From assembly GCA_001179505.1 (NCBI GenBank), contig CDMY01000260.1, forward strand, positions 62,001 to 126,000: a stretch of 64,000 nt of DNA. The letters are read 5' to 3'. Source of the stretch: Vitrella brassicaformis CCMP3155. Lineage: Eukaryota; Protista; Chromerida. Made by a program: the position numbers and the translations under genes. This document shows positions 12,963-25,185 of the stretch, one piece after another; positions within the stretch are counted from its first letter, which is position 1, and each line of letters begins with the position of its first letter. The notes under the pieces are model-generated. The model did not search any database, had not been told where the DNA came from, and saw only the letters and a list, made by a program, of their open reading frames with translations.

Positions 12963-13541
12963 GTGAGTGACGGAGCGTAGCGCTTCTTTCTTATCCATCT
13001 CATCTACCTGTCTGTGCATAGAATCGACATAGCTTGGCTTGGCGTGGCGCGATGGATGGGAGGAGAGAGTTACATGTGCGCATGCACCCTACTAGCATCT
13101 GCCTTTCCCAGAGACATGAGGGGGCCGGATGAATTGAACATACGGAGATGGACGTCTTTGCCATTGGAAAGCTCTTTTGGTGCATGTTGTCCCCTTTGCC
13201 AACACACGCGCGGACGCGCCTAGGGTGTTGCGTGAAACCGCTGGTGCTTGAGCTGTTGAAGTTGCTGTGTGCCGAACACACACCGTGGTCAGAAGGATCA
13301 ATCTCTGCCGTACAAGCCTTTACGCAAGGCACGCAACGCACGAGTCCATCATGGGCATGGCCAGCCCGCCAAGCAAGACACGCACGAGAGCTGCCAACGC
13401 TCACCGAAGATGCGCGAAATAGAAAGACAGGTCTGCAAGCTAAGCAAGTACAAACCCTGCTATCAAAACCCAACATGAGCTTTTGAGCTTGCAAGGCCGG
13501 GAAAGTCAGAGCTTCGCTTCCTTGCCGCTAGTTGGTTGCAA

Positions 13542-14776
13542 ATGGATGTAGCTGAGAAGTTTGACAAGCTCAAGGAGAAGTACCAGACGCTCAAGCAGCA
13601 GAATGGTGTGCTCAAGAACGCCCTGATAGAGAAGCAGCAGGAGTGCCAACGGCTGGAGGACCAGCTCAAGGATGCTGAGATCCAGGGCCGCAAGAAGGCC
13701 GAGGAGATCGACAGCCTCCAGTACCACCACAACAGACTCACCAAACAGATCACACAGCTCACCTCGCAAGTCGAGGAGGCGGTACGCTCGCACACACACC
13801 CAATCGACCGACGAGGGATCAGTTGTGCGATTGCTGCCTGTCATGCATGTCATGTCATGTGTGTGTTGTGTGCAGCGTCAGAAGCCGTCGAGCTTCATCG
13901 GCGGATTGCTCAGCGGTCAGGGTAAGGAGACCCTGCAGAGGCTGGAGAACGAGCTCACTGTGGTGCGGGAGGAGCTGGGGCTGAAGATACAGGAGAATGG
14001 TAAGCTTCAGCCAGCCCAACAACCATCCGTCCATCATCTTGAGCTCACGATGGTTTGGCGGCGGGGGTGGTGTGTGTGTGTGTGTCAGAGGCGCTCCACG
14101 TGCAGCAGTTCGAGACGAAGCGTGCCCACCAGGAGGAGATGGAACAGGTGCAGCGCACTGTCAACAACACTCAGCACCAGATACAGGTAAAGGGCTGCAC
14201 GACACACAACACACACGACCAACACAAGACCTCATCTATCGTCTGTCTGTCGCCTGGCATCTGTCCATCCATCCATCCATCCATCCATCCGTCCGTCCGT
14301 CCGTCCGTCAGCATTTGGAGGAGTGCCGGGCGTCTCAGGACGACGAACTGCGCAAGAGCCGAGACGCCCACGCCGCCCTCAGCGCCAAGCAGGAGCAGGT
14401 TGAGCAGCACCTGGGTGAAGCGAGGGGCGAGCTGCAGACCCTCAAGGCCACAGTGACTCACCTCAAGGCCAACTTCAGCAACGCATACAGAGACCTAGCC
14501 AAGAGGTTCCACACACAGGTGAGCACATGGTGGTGTCGTGTGGTGTCGATGGCTACATGGATGGATGGATGGATGACTACATGGTGGTCATTCATTTCAT
14601 TGGCTGTGTGGGTACTGTACCGACAGGTTCCTCTTGACCTTTGTCGATATCCTTCCTACCAGCTGTACGATGCCCACAGGGCCTCGCTGGTCGCCATTCA
14701 GGTACGTACGTACGTCAGCCGCATACGCCGCACCCCGCCAACGCCATGCCTCTTTTCTGCCATCCCATCCCTGTCC

Positions 14777-14808
<32 letters not shown>

Positions 14809-16870
14809 CAGCACCAGCAGCGCCATTGGTTCCTGGAGGTGCTTCGGTCTGTCAGCCACTACACGCAGGCACTACTGGCTGCCTACGGTGCGTGGCGGTC
14901 ATGGCTCAGCAAGCCCATCCCGGCACTCAGTGGCACCCAGGGAGGCGATAGAGGCAGCCCGACGCTTGATAGAATGGACGTCGCGAGGGAAAAGGTGAGT
15001 CAGTCAGTCGATTGCGGAGGTCTCCGTGTGTGTGTATATGTATGTGTTTCCATGTGTTGTTTGTATGTGTAGGCGCACGGTGCCGTTTGTGGTGTTGAGG
15101 AGGCTCTCCGCGGCATGAGCGAATTGTGTGTCGAGCTGGTGCAGGGGCTGCAGAGGAATCCCAGCGACTTCTTCGCACTGCTCGCTGCTGATGGTGAGTG
15201 AGGACTGCGGCCGATATATCAGAGGTCGCCGCTGTCAGGGTCTGTATGTCTGTTGTCAGATAAGCCCCATGAGCCACCATCGCACTCTGTTGACCAGCTT
15301 AGGAAGACGTTAGATGGCCTGAAGGTACCAGCCAGCCCACACACAGAGAGAAAGAGAGAACAAGCCAGACACCTGTGTATGGAGCCGGGTTTGGTTTGTG
15401 CCATCAGTCGAGCCGGGCGACCTTCCTTCGTCTGCACAAGGCCTTCATCACCTACCACGTGCTGCTGCTGTCCCTCGAGGAGCTCATGCTCAGCCCCTCC
15501 GACACGCCCAACGGCGCCCTCTCGCCCCACTCGCCCCTCTCGCCCACCAGCCTCTCGCCCTCACACAGCCCCAGGGCGGCCATGTCGCCCCTGCAGGGGG
15601 CCATGGAGGCCCTCAGGCGACTCCGAATCTTCACCACACAGCTGTTCAGATATATCGATGTCATCTCAGGTAGACGTGAGGGTGTGAGGGAGGGGAACGG
15701 CACCGAGTCGGGTCGGTATGCATCTTTGCTGGTGTCTGTTCGTTTGTCAGATTGGCACATGGACACGGAGCCTCCCCTGAGCGCGCTCCACTGGCAGGCG
15801 CCCTCCCACGACCCCTCCGCAGCCATCCTCTCCACCCAGCCCCTCGACCGTCGCGCCTCCACAGCATCCACGCGCTCAACCACTGCACCAACCCTGTCAG
15901 ACGCGTCATCAGACGGCCCACAACACCAGCCACAGAGCATGCCGGTGCTCATATCCGCGCGGCCAGAGTTGTCCCGATTCATATGGGGGCGGGTCGAGCG
16001 CGCTGTGCGAGAGACGGCCAAGGCCTGGGAGTCGCTGGCGAGGTGCATGGCGCTGAAGGGCGATCGCATCGGGGGCGGCGGGGGGGCAATGATGGCATTC
16101 GGTGAGGGCACCACAGCTGTGTCCGGCACCAGCAGCGAGTTCTACGCCCTCATCAAGGCCCTCCACCAGGCCAGCAGTGCGGCTGTCACCCCGTCGCTGC
16201 GGTCGGCCATCAAGGGCCTGGGGGAGGCCGTGCACGGCGACCCCAAGAGCATCATCGCCGCCCACTCAGCCGTCCAGCAGGGAGCGTCATCCTGTCGCTC
16301 CCTGGTGTCTTCCGTCGCGCAATCCTTGCGTTCTGCGCCCGAGCGCATCGACGTGCGTGAGGCTCGCGAGTGGCGTGTCAAGGTGCATCAGGCGGGTGAG
16401 AGGGAGAGGCAGCTCAAGGGGGAGCTCCAGCGGCTGCAGAGCGACATGAACGCCTCCCTGGATGAGAGCAGTCGGCTGAGGGAGGAGCTGCGGCAGGCAG
16501 AGGACGAGTGTGCCCTCCTGCAGACCAATCTCACCGTCCTCAAGCAAACCCGGCTTCCATCCCCCGCACCGGTCCCCGTAGCTGACTCTGCTGACGAGGC
16601 GACCACCACCATCACGACCAGTGACGCCGGGTCAGAGCCATCAGCCCCGCCAGCAAGGCCGCGTCGCGGCGACTGGCTGGAGGGCAGCATAGAGCCATGT
16701 CGGGGGAGGGATGGCCATGACACCAGCAGCAGCGTGGGCGGTGGTGGTGGTGAGGTGGAGATAGAGGTGTTGCGTCTGTACGAGAACACCATCCAGCAGC
16801 TCAAGGCCCAGCTACAGGAGGTGGACGCCAGAGCCCTCGACCTGCACGGCGAGCTGCGGAAGGCACTGAG

Positions 16871-16906
<36 letters not shown>

Positions 16907-17378
16907 CGACAGACAGCACGGACAGCCAGAGAGACGTCAGACATATTGTCCATCCATCCTCTCCTGTCTGCCTGTCTGCCTGCTCTGTGTCAGGCCTTGC
17001 GGACGAGCGAGGCGGATCGAGAGCGGCTCGAGTTAGAGCTGTCGTCTCTGCGGGAGCGTGTCGAGGCGACCAAGAGCGACATGGCGGTCACTCAGCAATC
17101 AGTCGACTCCCAGCTGGCCCTCCTCACGGAACACATCTGCGAGCTGTCCGAGCGACTAAGTGAGAAGGACGTCCAGCTGGCGGCCCTGCAGGCACAGAGG
17201 GTCCTCTGTGGCCGATGCGGCGGATGGAACACGGGTACATGACGAGACATGTATGGAAGCGAAGGCTACCTGTGTGTGTGTTCTGTTGTGTGCAGTTGGT
17301 TGGCTGATGGGCGATAGAGGCGGCGGCAATGGGTTGTGTCACATCTGCAGGGGCAAGGTGCTCGAGGCGCCAGAGTGA
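13542..17378 (+). CDS. PPP1R21: PPP1R21-like (KLRAQ) coiled-coil protein
   Basis: N-terminus KLKEKYQTLKQQNGVLKNALIE...RKKAEEIDSLQYHHNRLTKQITQL resembles the KLRAQ domain. C-terminal YENTIQQL and SQLALLTEHICELSERL resemble the PPP1R21 C-terminal domain. Multi-exon. Confidence 0.75.
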
Positions 17379-17649
17379 CCTAATGCGAGATGGGCCCATG
17401 TACACATAGCCTGGCCAGATCTGGTGCAGAAGAGGAATGTGAGTGTTGGTCCACCTGTCTTTGTGCAAATTGCAACACGCTCACTGCAGATCTACGTATG
17501 CGAGACATGAATATGTGGTCCCACTCATTGCCCCTTTCGGGCCCCAAAGCTCTGGCTCGCACAACCCATCCCCTCTCTATTCGTCCATCTAAAAAGATGC
17601 AGCTTCCGTCGAGTTGTCCTCTCTCGCCAGAGCGTGGAACCACGACACT

Positions 17650-18898
17650 CCGCATGAGAGCCGCAAAAGCAGACATCATGGGTGGATGCTTACATCGGCC
17701 ATAGTTGCGCTGGGCTGCCACAACGGCCAGCCCGACCATGAGGATGAGACCGAGTTCGAAACGAAGCGTCACCATCATCAGCGGCTCAGCAAACATCGCG
17801 GATGATGTGCTCACTCGGCGGCTAAGACCTCCTATGCGCCACAACGAAAAAGGGAAGCGCGGCGGAGGGGGCTTCCTGCGCGTAAACTCGTGATGCCTCC
17901 CTTTCACGGGGAGGAAACAGATTTTGACAGCATCCCACAGCCAATACCCATGAACCTGATGGCGGCTCCCTGCGAGGTGCACGTGTTGCCCTGTCAGATA
18001 GGCGATAACAACCGTTGTGTGGAAGATCTGCGATGCAACTTCCTCACCTACGATGAGGTGCCACCAAAGACAAGGACACCAAAGCGCCGCACCATCCCTC
18101 CTCTCTCTCCTTCCCTGCAGCCGACTCCCTGGTGGATGACCAGCAAGCCTCCGCCCGCCAACGTTAACGAAGCCGAAGCCGCTGGCGAGGAGCAGGACGA
18201 CCAGCCGCAGGCGGCCGCTCCGGCCAAGACCAAGAGTGAGCTGCTGCACGGCCGTCTGCTGCGGGGGACGGCCATCAAGCTGGCCGACTACGGGATGAGG
18301 GGCATTGTCGGGGTGGCGGAGGAGGCTCAAAGGGCCGGGGACGGTGAGATTGGGGAGGGGGCTGTGGATTTCTCCGCTGTGGAGGGCGCCAGGGTGCTCA
18401 AGTCTGTCGGAGAGTTCGATGAGTTCACGTAAGCGGACGGCTGGGCTGTCCTCAGGGAGATGCATGGCTCTCTCTTTGTGCGTGTGTGATGCAGGTACTG
18501 GAACCAGGACTCGTGGCCGCGCAAGAAGGACGACATCCAGCAGTGCATGATCTATACCATCATGGCAAAAGCGGTCGGTCACACACCGCAGCCGCACCCG
18601 CAACTGCCCGTACCCATTGCCACCATCTTTCTTCTCCTCTGTGACTGTCTGCTGTGCGCTCAGCTGCATGATACCAGTGCAGATGTGGAGGGCATTGCTG
18701 GCCCGGCCATGATGAGTGATAGCTGAGTGGGTGAGCAGGGGACAAGGGATACATTGACTGACTGCAATGAATCAAATTTGCTGCATCATGGATGAATGTG
18801 CTGATGATGCTAACTGACTTTGGCACATGTCCCTAATACCATCCAGGCAGTGGCACGCAGCCATTGGTCCATCATGCAGCCCACACGTAGCAACCGCG
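17650..18898 (+). repeat. Copy 1 of an inverted segmental duplication (partner 38657-39943) carrying RNASEH2C and its upstream region
   Basis: Reverse complement matches over about 1.2 kb, e.g. 17651 cgcatgagagccgcaaaagcagacat vs aatgtctgcttttgcggctctcatgcg at 39916, and gtagcaaccgcg at 18887 vs cgcggttgctac at 38657. Confidence 0.95.
17893..18726 (+). CDS. RNASEH2C: Ribonuclease H2 subunit C (copy 1), 4 exons
   Basis: EVHVLPCQI..., LLHGRLLRGTAIKL..YGMRGIV, VGEFDEFTYWNQDSWP..KDDIQQCMIYTIMAKALH: recalled RNase_H2_suC signature (H.LPC.I; FRGR.L.G; F..FTYWN.D; A.ALH). Confidence 0.8.
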
Positions 18899-19079
18899 CT
18901 CTCCCCTCCCTCCCTCCCCCCCCTCCCTCCCTAGCTGCAGAGACCGCACGAATTTACGTATTTATGCGGCTGCGTTTGGCGTCATGGACGTAGCCTCGCC
19001 GCGTCGCCGCTCCTGCCGGTCCGTTAGCAGCGTAGTGCAGGGGAACAGCCTGCTGTGCGTCGGCCTGCGGAAGTGCGCC

Positions 19080-20642
19080 ATGGCCACCTCAGCAACGTCA
19101 GTAGCCGCCGGTGCGGCCGGCTCCTCGCAGCACGGCTGCCTGCTGCTGAGCGCCAAGCACGCGGCGTTCAAGAGTAGGCATCCGATGATGAAGATCTCCC
19201 TGCCAAGGCAAGCGGGGACCGAGCCACAAATTCTTTCTTGTTTTGCGTTTCTATGGCGGGGTGTTGTGTGTGTGGTGTTAAGGTGTTCGCAGCAGTCGGT
19301 GTGGTCGTACTTCGAGCTGCCGGGCGACCGTAGTGACAGCAGGGCAAGGGAGGAGCCTCTCGTGTTCGTCCACGGCACCTCTGGGACGGCGTCGTGCTTC
19401 TTCCTGCAGATGGAGGAGCTCGCCAAGAAGGTGCTGCGGAGATACATTGCGCTATTACAGAGATACATACCGCTTTCTGGATGCTCTGCTGATGCCTATC
19501 GATATATCGCACCACACGAGGCCACATCGCATCGTGTGTGTGTGGTTGGGTCTGTCCTGTCTGTCAGGGTTACCGTGTGATATCGTGTCAGTATGCCGCC
19601 TGCAAAGACGTCCGTGATTGGGTCAAGTCGTTCGACAGGTTCCTCGACGCACTCTCCATCACCAAGGCGCACCTCTTCGGCGCTCAGCTAGGTGACAAGA
19701 CCACTCACTTCACACGCACATACACATACGCACACACACACATGATGCCAATTAATGTGTATCTCATTGCCACACACGATGCTCAGGTGGCTTCCTAGTC
19801 CAGTCGTATGCGGCCAGCCACCCCGGCCGCGTGTGCAGCCTCATTCTCTGCAACGCCTTCAGCAGCACGGCCCACTTCGCCGATGCGACGCCCTGGCTGT
19901 CACTCATCGCCTATCTGCCCGGCATGGTGGTGCGCCGTTTGGCCCTGGAGGCCTTCCCCCGGTGGGACAAGATCGGCACCGACATGTGTCAGAAGGAAGC
20001 GGCGGCCTTCATGCACCACCAGCTGTCATCGGTGCCCACCAAGGACCTGGTCTCGAGGCTCACGTAAGGCAATAAATAAATAAGGGTCGGGAGAGAGGGA
20101 GGGGTGGATGGGTGCATGTGTTGTCTTTTGGTCACATGTCAGCTTGAATTGCACGGCGAATAGTGTGCCGAGTGTGTTGCCAACAGATCAGAAGCGCATC
20201 ACACTGCTGCACGTGGCCGACAAGACGCACATACCTGAGGCCCTCACACAAGACGTCAAGAAGAGGTCAGTGAGGAGCAGGAGCCCATCAACCCACCCAT
20301 CCATTCTTTCTCTCTCTCTCTCTTCCTCTGTCTCTCTCTGTGGGTTAATGTGTGTCTGTCAGATACCCCCGGGCACGTGTAGCCGAGTTGAAGTCGGGCG
20401 GGGACTTCCCGTACCTCAGCCGCCCCGATGACGTCACGCTGCACATCGTTGTGCACCTGCGGGCCGCAGGGGTCTTCCCCCAAGCACACCTGACTACAAG
20501 ACACGACAAGGTGACACACAACGGGGTGGGGGCGGGGGCGGTGGGGGGGAGTGTGTCGTCACGGTGTGGGTGCCTGAGTGACGAGGAGAGGGCTGCCAGG
20601 AAGAGGAAACAAATGGAATGGAAGAACCCATTCGCTGACTGA
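19080..20642 (+). CDS. SPG21: Maspardin-like alpha/beta hydrolase-fold protein
   Basis: VWSYFE, PLVFVHGTSGTASCFFLQMEELAKKGYRVIS, SFDRFLDAL...AHLFGAQLGGFLVQ, SLILCNAF, DLVSRLTLNC, YPRARVAELKSGGDFPYLSRPDDVTLHIVVHLR. Confidence 0.9.
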
Positions 20643-20785
20643 CTGACCCGGCCCATGTGTGTGTGGCTGGGCTGACTCGATGAATGGCCGGGCCGACTGA
20701 TTTGTGCAGACAGATACATGGATTGGATTGATGTGAAGCGTGTGTCGATACATGCACATATAGGTAGGTGCGAAGATATTTCTGC

Positions 20786-21943
20786 TCATGCATCTGCATC
20801 GCCCGCCTCCCCCTTTTCGCCTCGTTCGGCAAGTATTCTGTCGACCTGCTCACAGTACAGCTCCTGAGCGATCTTCTGCTTCTTGCTGAACCCACTGCCG
20901 ATCGCCTCCACACCCTGGGGAATGTACCCACTGTAGCCTAAACCACACGCACAAGCACACACACAGACCCGTGGGCTGGGCCACACACGGGGGACAGACT
21001 TGCGTGTCTTCCAGCTGACCAGGAATCGACCGAGTGAGGTATGTATCCAGTCTGTCCTTCTTTGGCAAAGAGAGCTTGTAGGGGTACACGTCGGCGATGG
21101 AATAGGCCTGACTGCTGTCCTTTTCCTTGGCGGCCTGCCGACACTCAGCCGCGATTTCGTTGGCACGCTGCAGCAGCATTCATGAGACAAGGAGACAGAG
21201 ACGCCACGCAATGGGTGGTCATGTGCCGTCGCTGGTGAGGCTTTCCTGACCTGGAAGGTGGCCCCAACGATTGTTTCTGAATACATACACACACCGACAT
21301 AAATTGCAAACACGTGAGACTCATAAAGCGGCAGAACACTTCCGCGTCTGTCTCACCACTGTATTTCGCAGGCACATAACCTGAACAGAGTTGAAAGAGG
21401 GATACATGGCCATGCGTCACAGTCAGGACACTGAGCGCAGGTACCTGAGTAGCCTGGAAGACTGGACACGGTATAGTCCTTCTGCACCCGCGTCATCCCG
21501 TCACTTGTGTAGGGGCAGCCCGAGGGCTCCGGCCGGCACGCTGCCCGCTTGGCCTGCGTTTCTGCACTGACCGTTCTGGCCTTGGCGGCACCCTCCGTGA
21601 CGAACTGACGCCGCAGCGTCCGATTCATCGACGCAAGCCCCGCTGCATGTAGTGCACAGACGTGGCACTGTTATGTCTGCGTGGTTTGCTTCTGTTGCTG
21701 TTGACCTGCAGCCTGGTTTGCAGAGGAGAATGTGCCGCCCATGATGCTCTCGCTCCTTTTGCCTGGAATGAAGCCTGGCAGCAGACAAAGGAATTAAAGA
21801 TGCCGAACCCACACACACCCATTGAGGCGAGAAGGGAAGGAAGAGGACATGCCTGTGAAGCCTGGGATGGGCGTCTTTAGGTACTCGTCGATCTGCGCAG
21901 TGGTCTTGTCCTCTACAACCTCCTCTGAGCCCTCTGAACGCAT
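20786..21943 (-). CDS. FAM166/CIMIP2-like ciliary microtubule inner protein (PGY/FxG repeats)
   Basis: Three spliced repeats: PIPGFTGFIPGKRSESIMGGTF, LPGYSGYVPAKYSETIVGATF, IPGYSGYIPQGVEAIGSGF. Needs a GC-AG first intron and a 24-nt microexon. Confidence 0.6.
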
Positions 21944-22024
21944 CTTTCTTCAGTCGGTCTGCAAGCTAAGCCCGCTTGGGTTTCACTTTGAGCTCGCAAT
22001 TTGAGGGAAGTGAACCGACTGTGG

Positions 22025-25000
22025 ATGCGAAGGAGTGTTGGCCGGAGCACGAGCCATTTTTCACCCTTGCTTACCCCTTTTTGCTCTTTTCTTCGGTTGT
22101 TTTGCCTCGCCCTCGTGCTGCTTGTCCTGACAGTAGTGCCTGGCTGCTGTCGAGCGACCAACAGATCCTCGGGAGGAAAGAGGGCCAACCGGAAGCCGAC
22201 CGCCGGTGGTGAAGACTCGAGTCGCTGCGGACCTGCTGCACTCTCATCCCAGCAAAGCCCTGACACCCCTCCCGCCACCTCTTCTATCAAGTCGTTCCTC
22301 GCGCGCCACCGTCGTCTCGTCAAGCCGTCTGCCGCCGCGCCCTCGCCTGTCCTCGGCAGTCTCTTTTCGTCCCGCCAGTCGCCGTCGGTCAACGTGGATC
22401 CCTCTTCCTCTTCTGTGACGGAGCCGTCTCAGAAGCGCCTCAAGACCGCCCAGCCACACACACCAGTCGCCCAGGAGGAGGCCCCCCTGACCGCGCCACT
22501 CTCTGTGCGCATTGACGTGACAGCCATGGGCAACAAGCTGAGCGCACCGGAGCAGCAGATGCTCGAGCAGCTCGAGGGCGACAAGCTCGGCCAGGCGCAC
22601 CTGCTGGAGCCCATCAAGGAGGACAAGAAGGCGGTCAAGAAGCTGCTGGCCGAGCTGATCAAGGCCGACAAGGCCTACCCAGGCGGCCTGCAGAACTACA
22701 TCGACCGAGCCCGCAAGCTCCTGGCCGAGAGCAAGGCGGGCGTCAACCCGTTCGAGGGCTACGTGCCGGAGATCCCCGAGGGCGAGAAGCTCGACGTCGG
22801 CAGCGCCGAATTCGCCGACTTTGAGAAGCTGGGCATGGAGCAGCTGGAGGGAGCGTGCTTCGTCCTGGTGGCCGGCGGGCTGGGGGAGCGGCTGGGGTAC
22901 CCCGGCATCAAGATCGGCCTGCCCGCCGAGACCACCACCGGCATGACCTACGCGGAGCTGTACATCAAGTACATTCTGGCCTTCCAGGCCTATGCGACCA
23001 AGAAGGCTGGCAAGCCCGTGAAGCTGCCGCTGGCCATCATGACCAGCGAGGACACCCACGCCCGGACGGTCGAGCTGCTCAAGAAGCACAAGAACTTCGG
23101 GCTGCCTGCCGACCAGCTGACCTTGATGAAGCAGGAGAAGGTGCCGGCTCTGATGGACAACGAGGCCAAGATAGCCCCCAAGGAGGACGACCCCTCCGGC
23201 ATTCAGACCAAGCCACACGGACATGGGGACGTCCACACGCTGCTCAACTCACACGGTACGGTCAGTCGGCTCGGCCACACACACACATGGCGGCTGGCAC
23301 CGCATGGCATGTGTTGTGGTGATGCGATGCGTGTGTGACCACTGACTAATGTGTGTGTGTGTGTGCAGGTCTTCCCCAAAAGTGGGTCAAGGAGGGCCGC
23401 AAGTGGGTGGTGTTTTTCCAAGTGAGTCCTCGCGACCGACGCTGTCTGTCCTCACACAAACAAACGCACAGCACATGGATGCAGCCATGCCCTCACCTTT
23501 GTGTGTGGATGGGATGCCTCTCAGGACACCAATGGGTTGATTTTCCGTTCCGTGCCAGCGGTGTTGGGCGTGTCGGCCAAGAGGGACTTCGCAATGAACA
23601 GCGTCACCGTACCAAGGCACGCACATACGCACGCACGACAACACACACACAGACATACACATGTACCGTGCGTCGTGTGTGTGTCCTGCCTGCAGGAAGC
23701 CTGGTGAGGCGGTGGGCGGCATCTGCAAGCTCAAGAAGGACGACGGCTCCTCACTCACCATCAACGTCGAGTACAACCAACTCGGTACACTCTCTCCCTC
23801 CCTCCCTCCCTCCCTCCCTCTCCATCCACAGATGGATGATGGGATGCATTCCCTCTGTCTGTCTGTCTGTGTGTGTGCCTGTTGTGTTGTGCAGATCCGT
23901 TGCTGAAGGAGACGGGCGACAAGCAGGGCGACACTGCCGACCCCGTGACGGGCAACTCCAAGTTCCCCGGCAACATCAACGTGTTGGTCTTCAAGGCCGA
24001 CAGATACGCAGAGACGCTCACAGAGACCAACGGCACCGTGCCAGAGTTCGTCAACCCCAAATACAAGGTAGGCTGACACTCGACACACACGCACACATAC
24101 ATGATTGGGGAGACGGTCGACCTGACGGACATGTGTGTGTTGTGTAGGATGCGACCAAGACGGCGTTCAAGTCGCCCACTCGGCTGGAGTGCATGATGCA
24201 GGAGTTCCCACGGCTCTTCAAGGACACCGACAAGGTGAGCGGGGAGGGGAGACCGATACGATAGATACCCACACGCATACGAACACACTATCGACATGTG
24301 TGTCGTTTGGTGTGGCTGTGCTGGTCCCTTCCTCCCTCCCTCCCTCCCTCTCATAGGTAGGGTTCACGGAGCTGCCCCGCTGGTACTGCTTCTCGACGGT
24401 CAAGAACAACGTCAAGGACGCCGCAGCAAAGGCCAAGGGCGGCCTGCCACCAGAGGCACCCTACACCGGTAGGTACCCGACACACCCACACACAACACCC
24501 AGAAGACGCCACACATAGATTGGCCGTCCATGTGTGTGTGTGGGCAGGTGAGATGGACATGTACGCCAATGCCGGCCAGCTGCTGTCGATTGCGGGCAAG
24601 GCTGTGGGGTCAGAGGTGGTGTTGGGCGAGCCAGTGGAGGTGACATACCTGGACATCCCCTACATGATGGGCCCGCGCATCGTCCTCAAGCCCAGCTTCG
24701 CCGTCTCCATCGAAGACATGAAAGAGAAACTCAAATCCGGCAAGATCAACATCTCCGCAAAGTGAGAAGGAAGGAGAGCACAGACAGCCGGGACGGGAGA
24801 ATTCTTGTCGAGGTGTCTGTCTGTGTGTGCGTGTGGTGCAGGTCCACATTGGTGCTTGAGGGTGACATTGAGATCAAGGACCTCGATCTCGATGGCGCGC
24901 TTGTCATCAAAGTCGCACCTGGTGATGCCACCGCCACCACCACCACCGCCACCATGACACACAGAGAGAGACATTGTGTGTGGTGGTTGTGCTGTGCTGC

Positions 25001-25185
25001 ACTGTGTAGGTGCCAAGGCGATTGTTGATGGTCTGAAGGTGAGCAACCCCGGCTGGGAGTTCGTGCCTCTGGAGCAGCCGGACAGCGCCGACACCGCCCT
25101 GCAGATCCGCGGCTACCAGCTCAAGAAAAACGACGCCAAGGAATACACCATCAACAAGGGCACAGAGACCCTGTCCACTCCATAG
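22025..25185 (+). CDS. USP: UDP-sugar pyrophosphorylase (start at 22025 or 22526)
   Basis: FVLVAGGLGERLGYPGIKIGLP, YPGGLQNYIDRARKLL..SKAGVNPFEG, LAIMTSEDTH, KQEKVPAL.DN, TKPHGHGDVH, NVEYNQLDPLL, FPGNINVL, EFVNPKY, TRLECMMQE. Confidence 0.95.

Noticed and set aside
17380-18669. 429-aa minus-strand ORF, and its twin 38779-39501 on plus
   Set aside because: Antisense shadow of RNASEH2C. Only its tail overlaps the captured signal-peptide exon.
22244-23236. 330-aa minus-strand ORF
   Set aside because: Antisense shadow of the codon-biased USP exon
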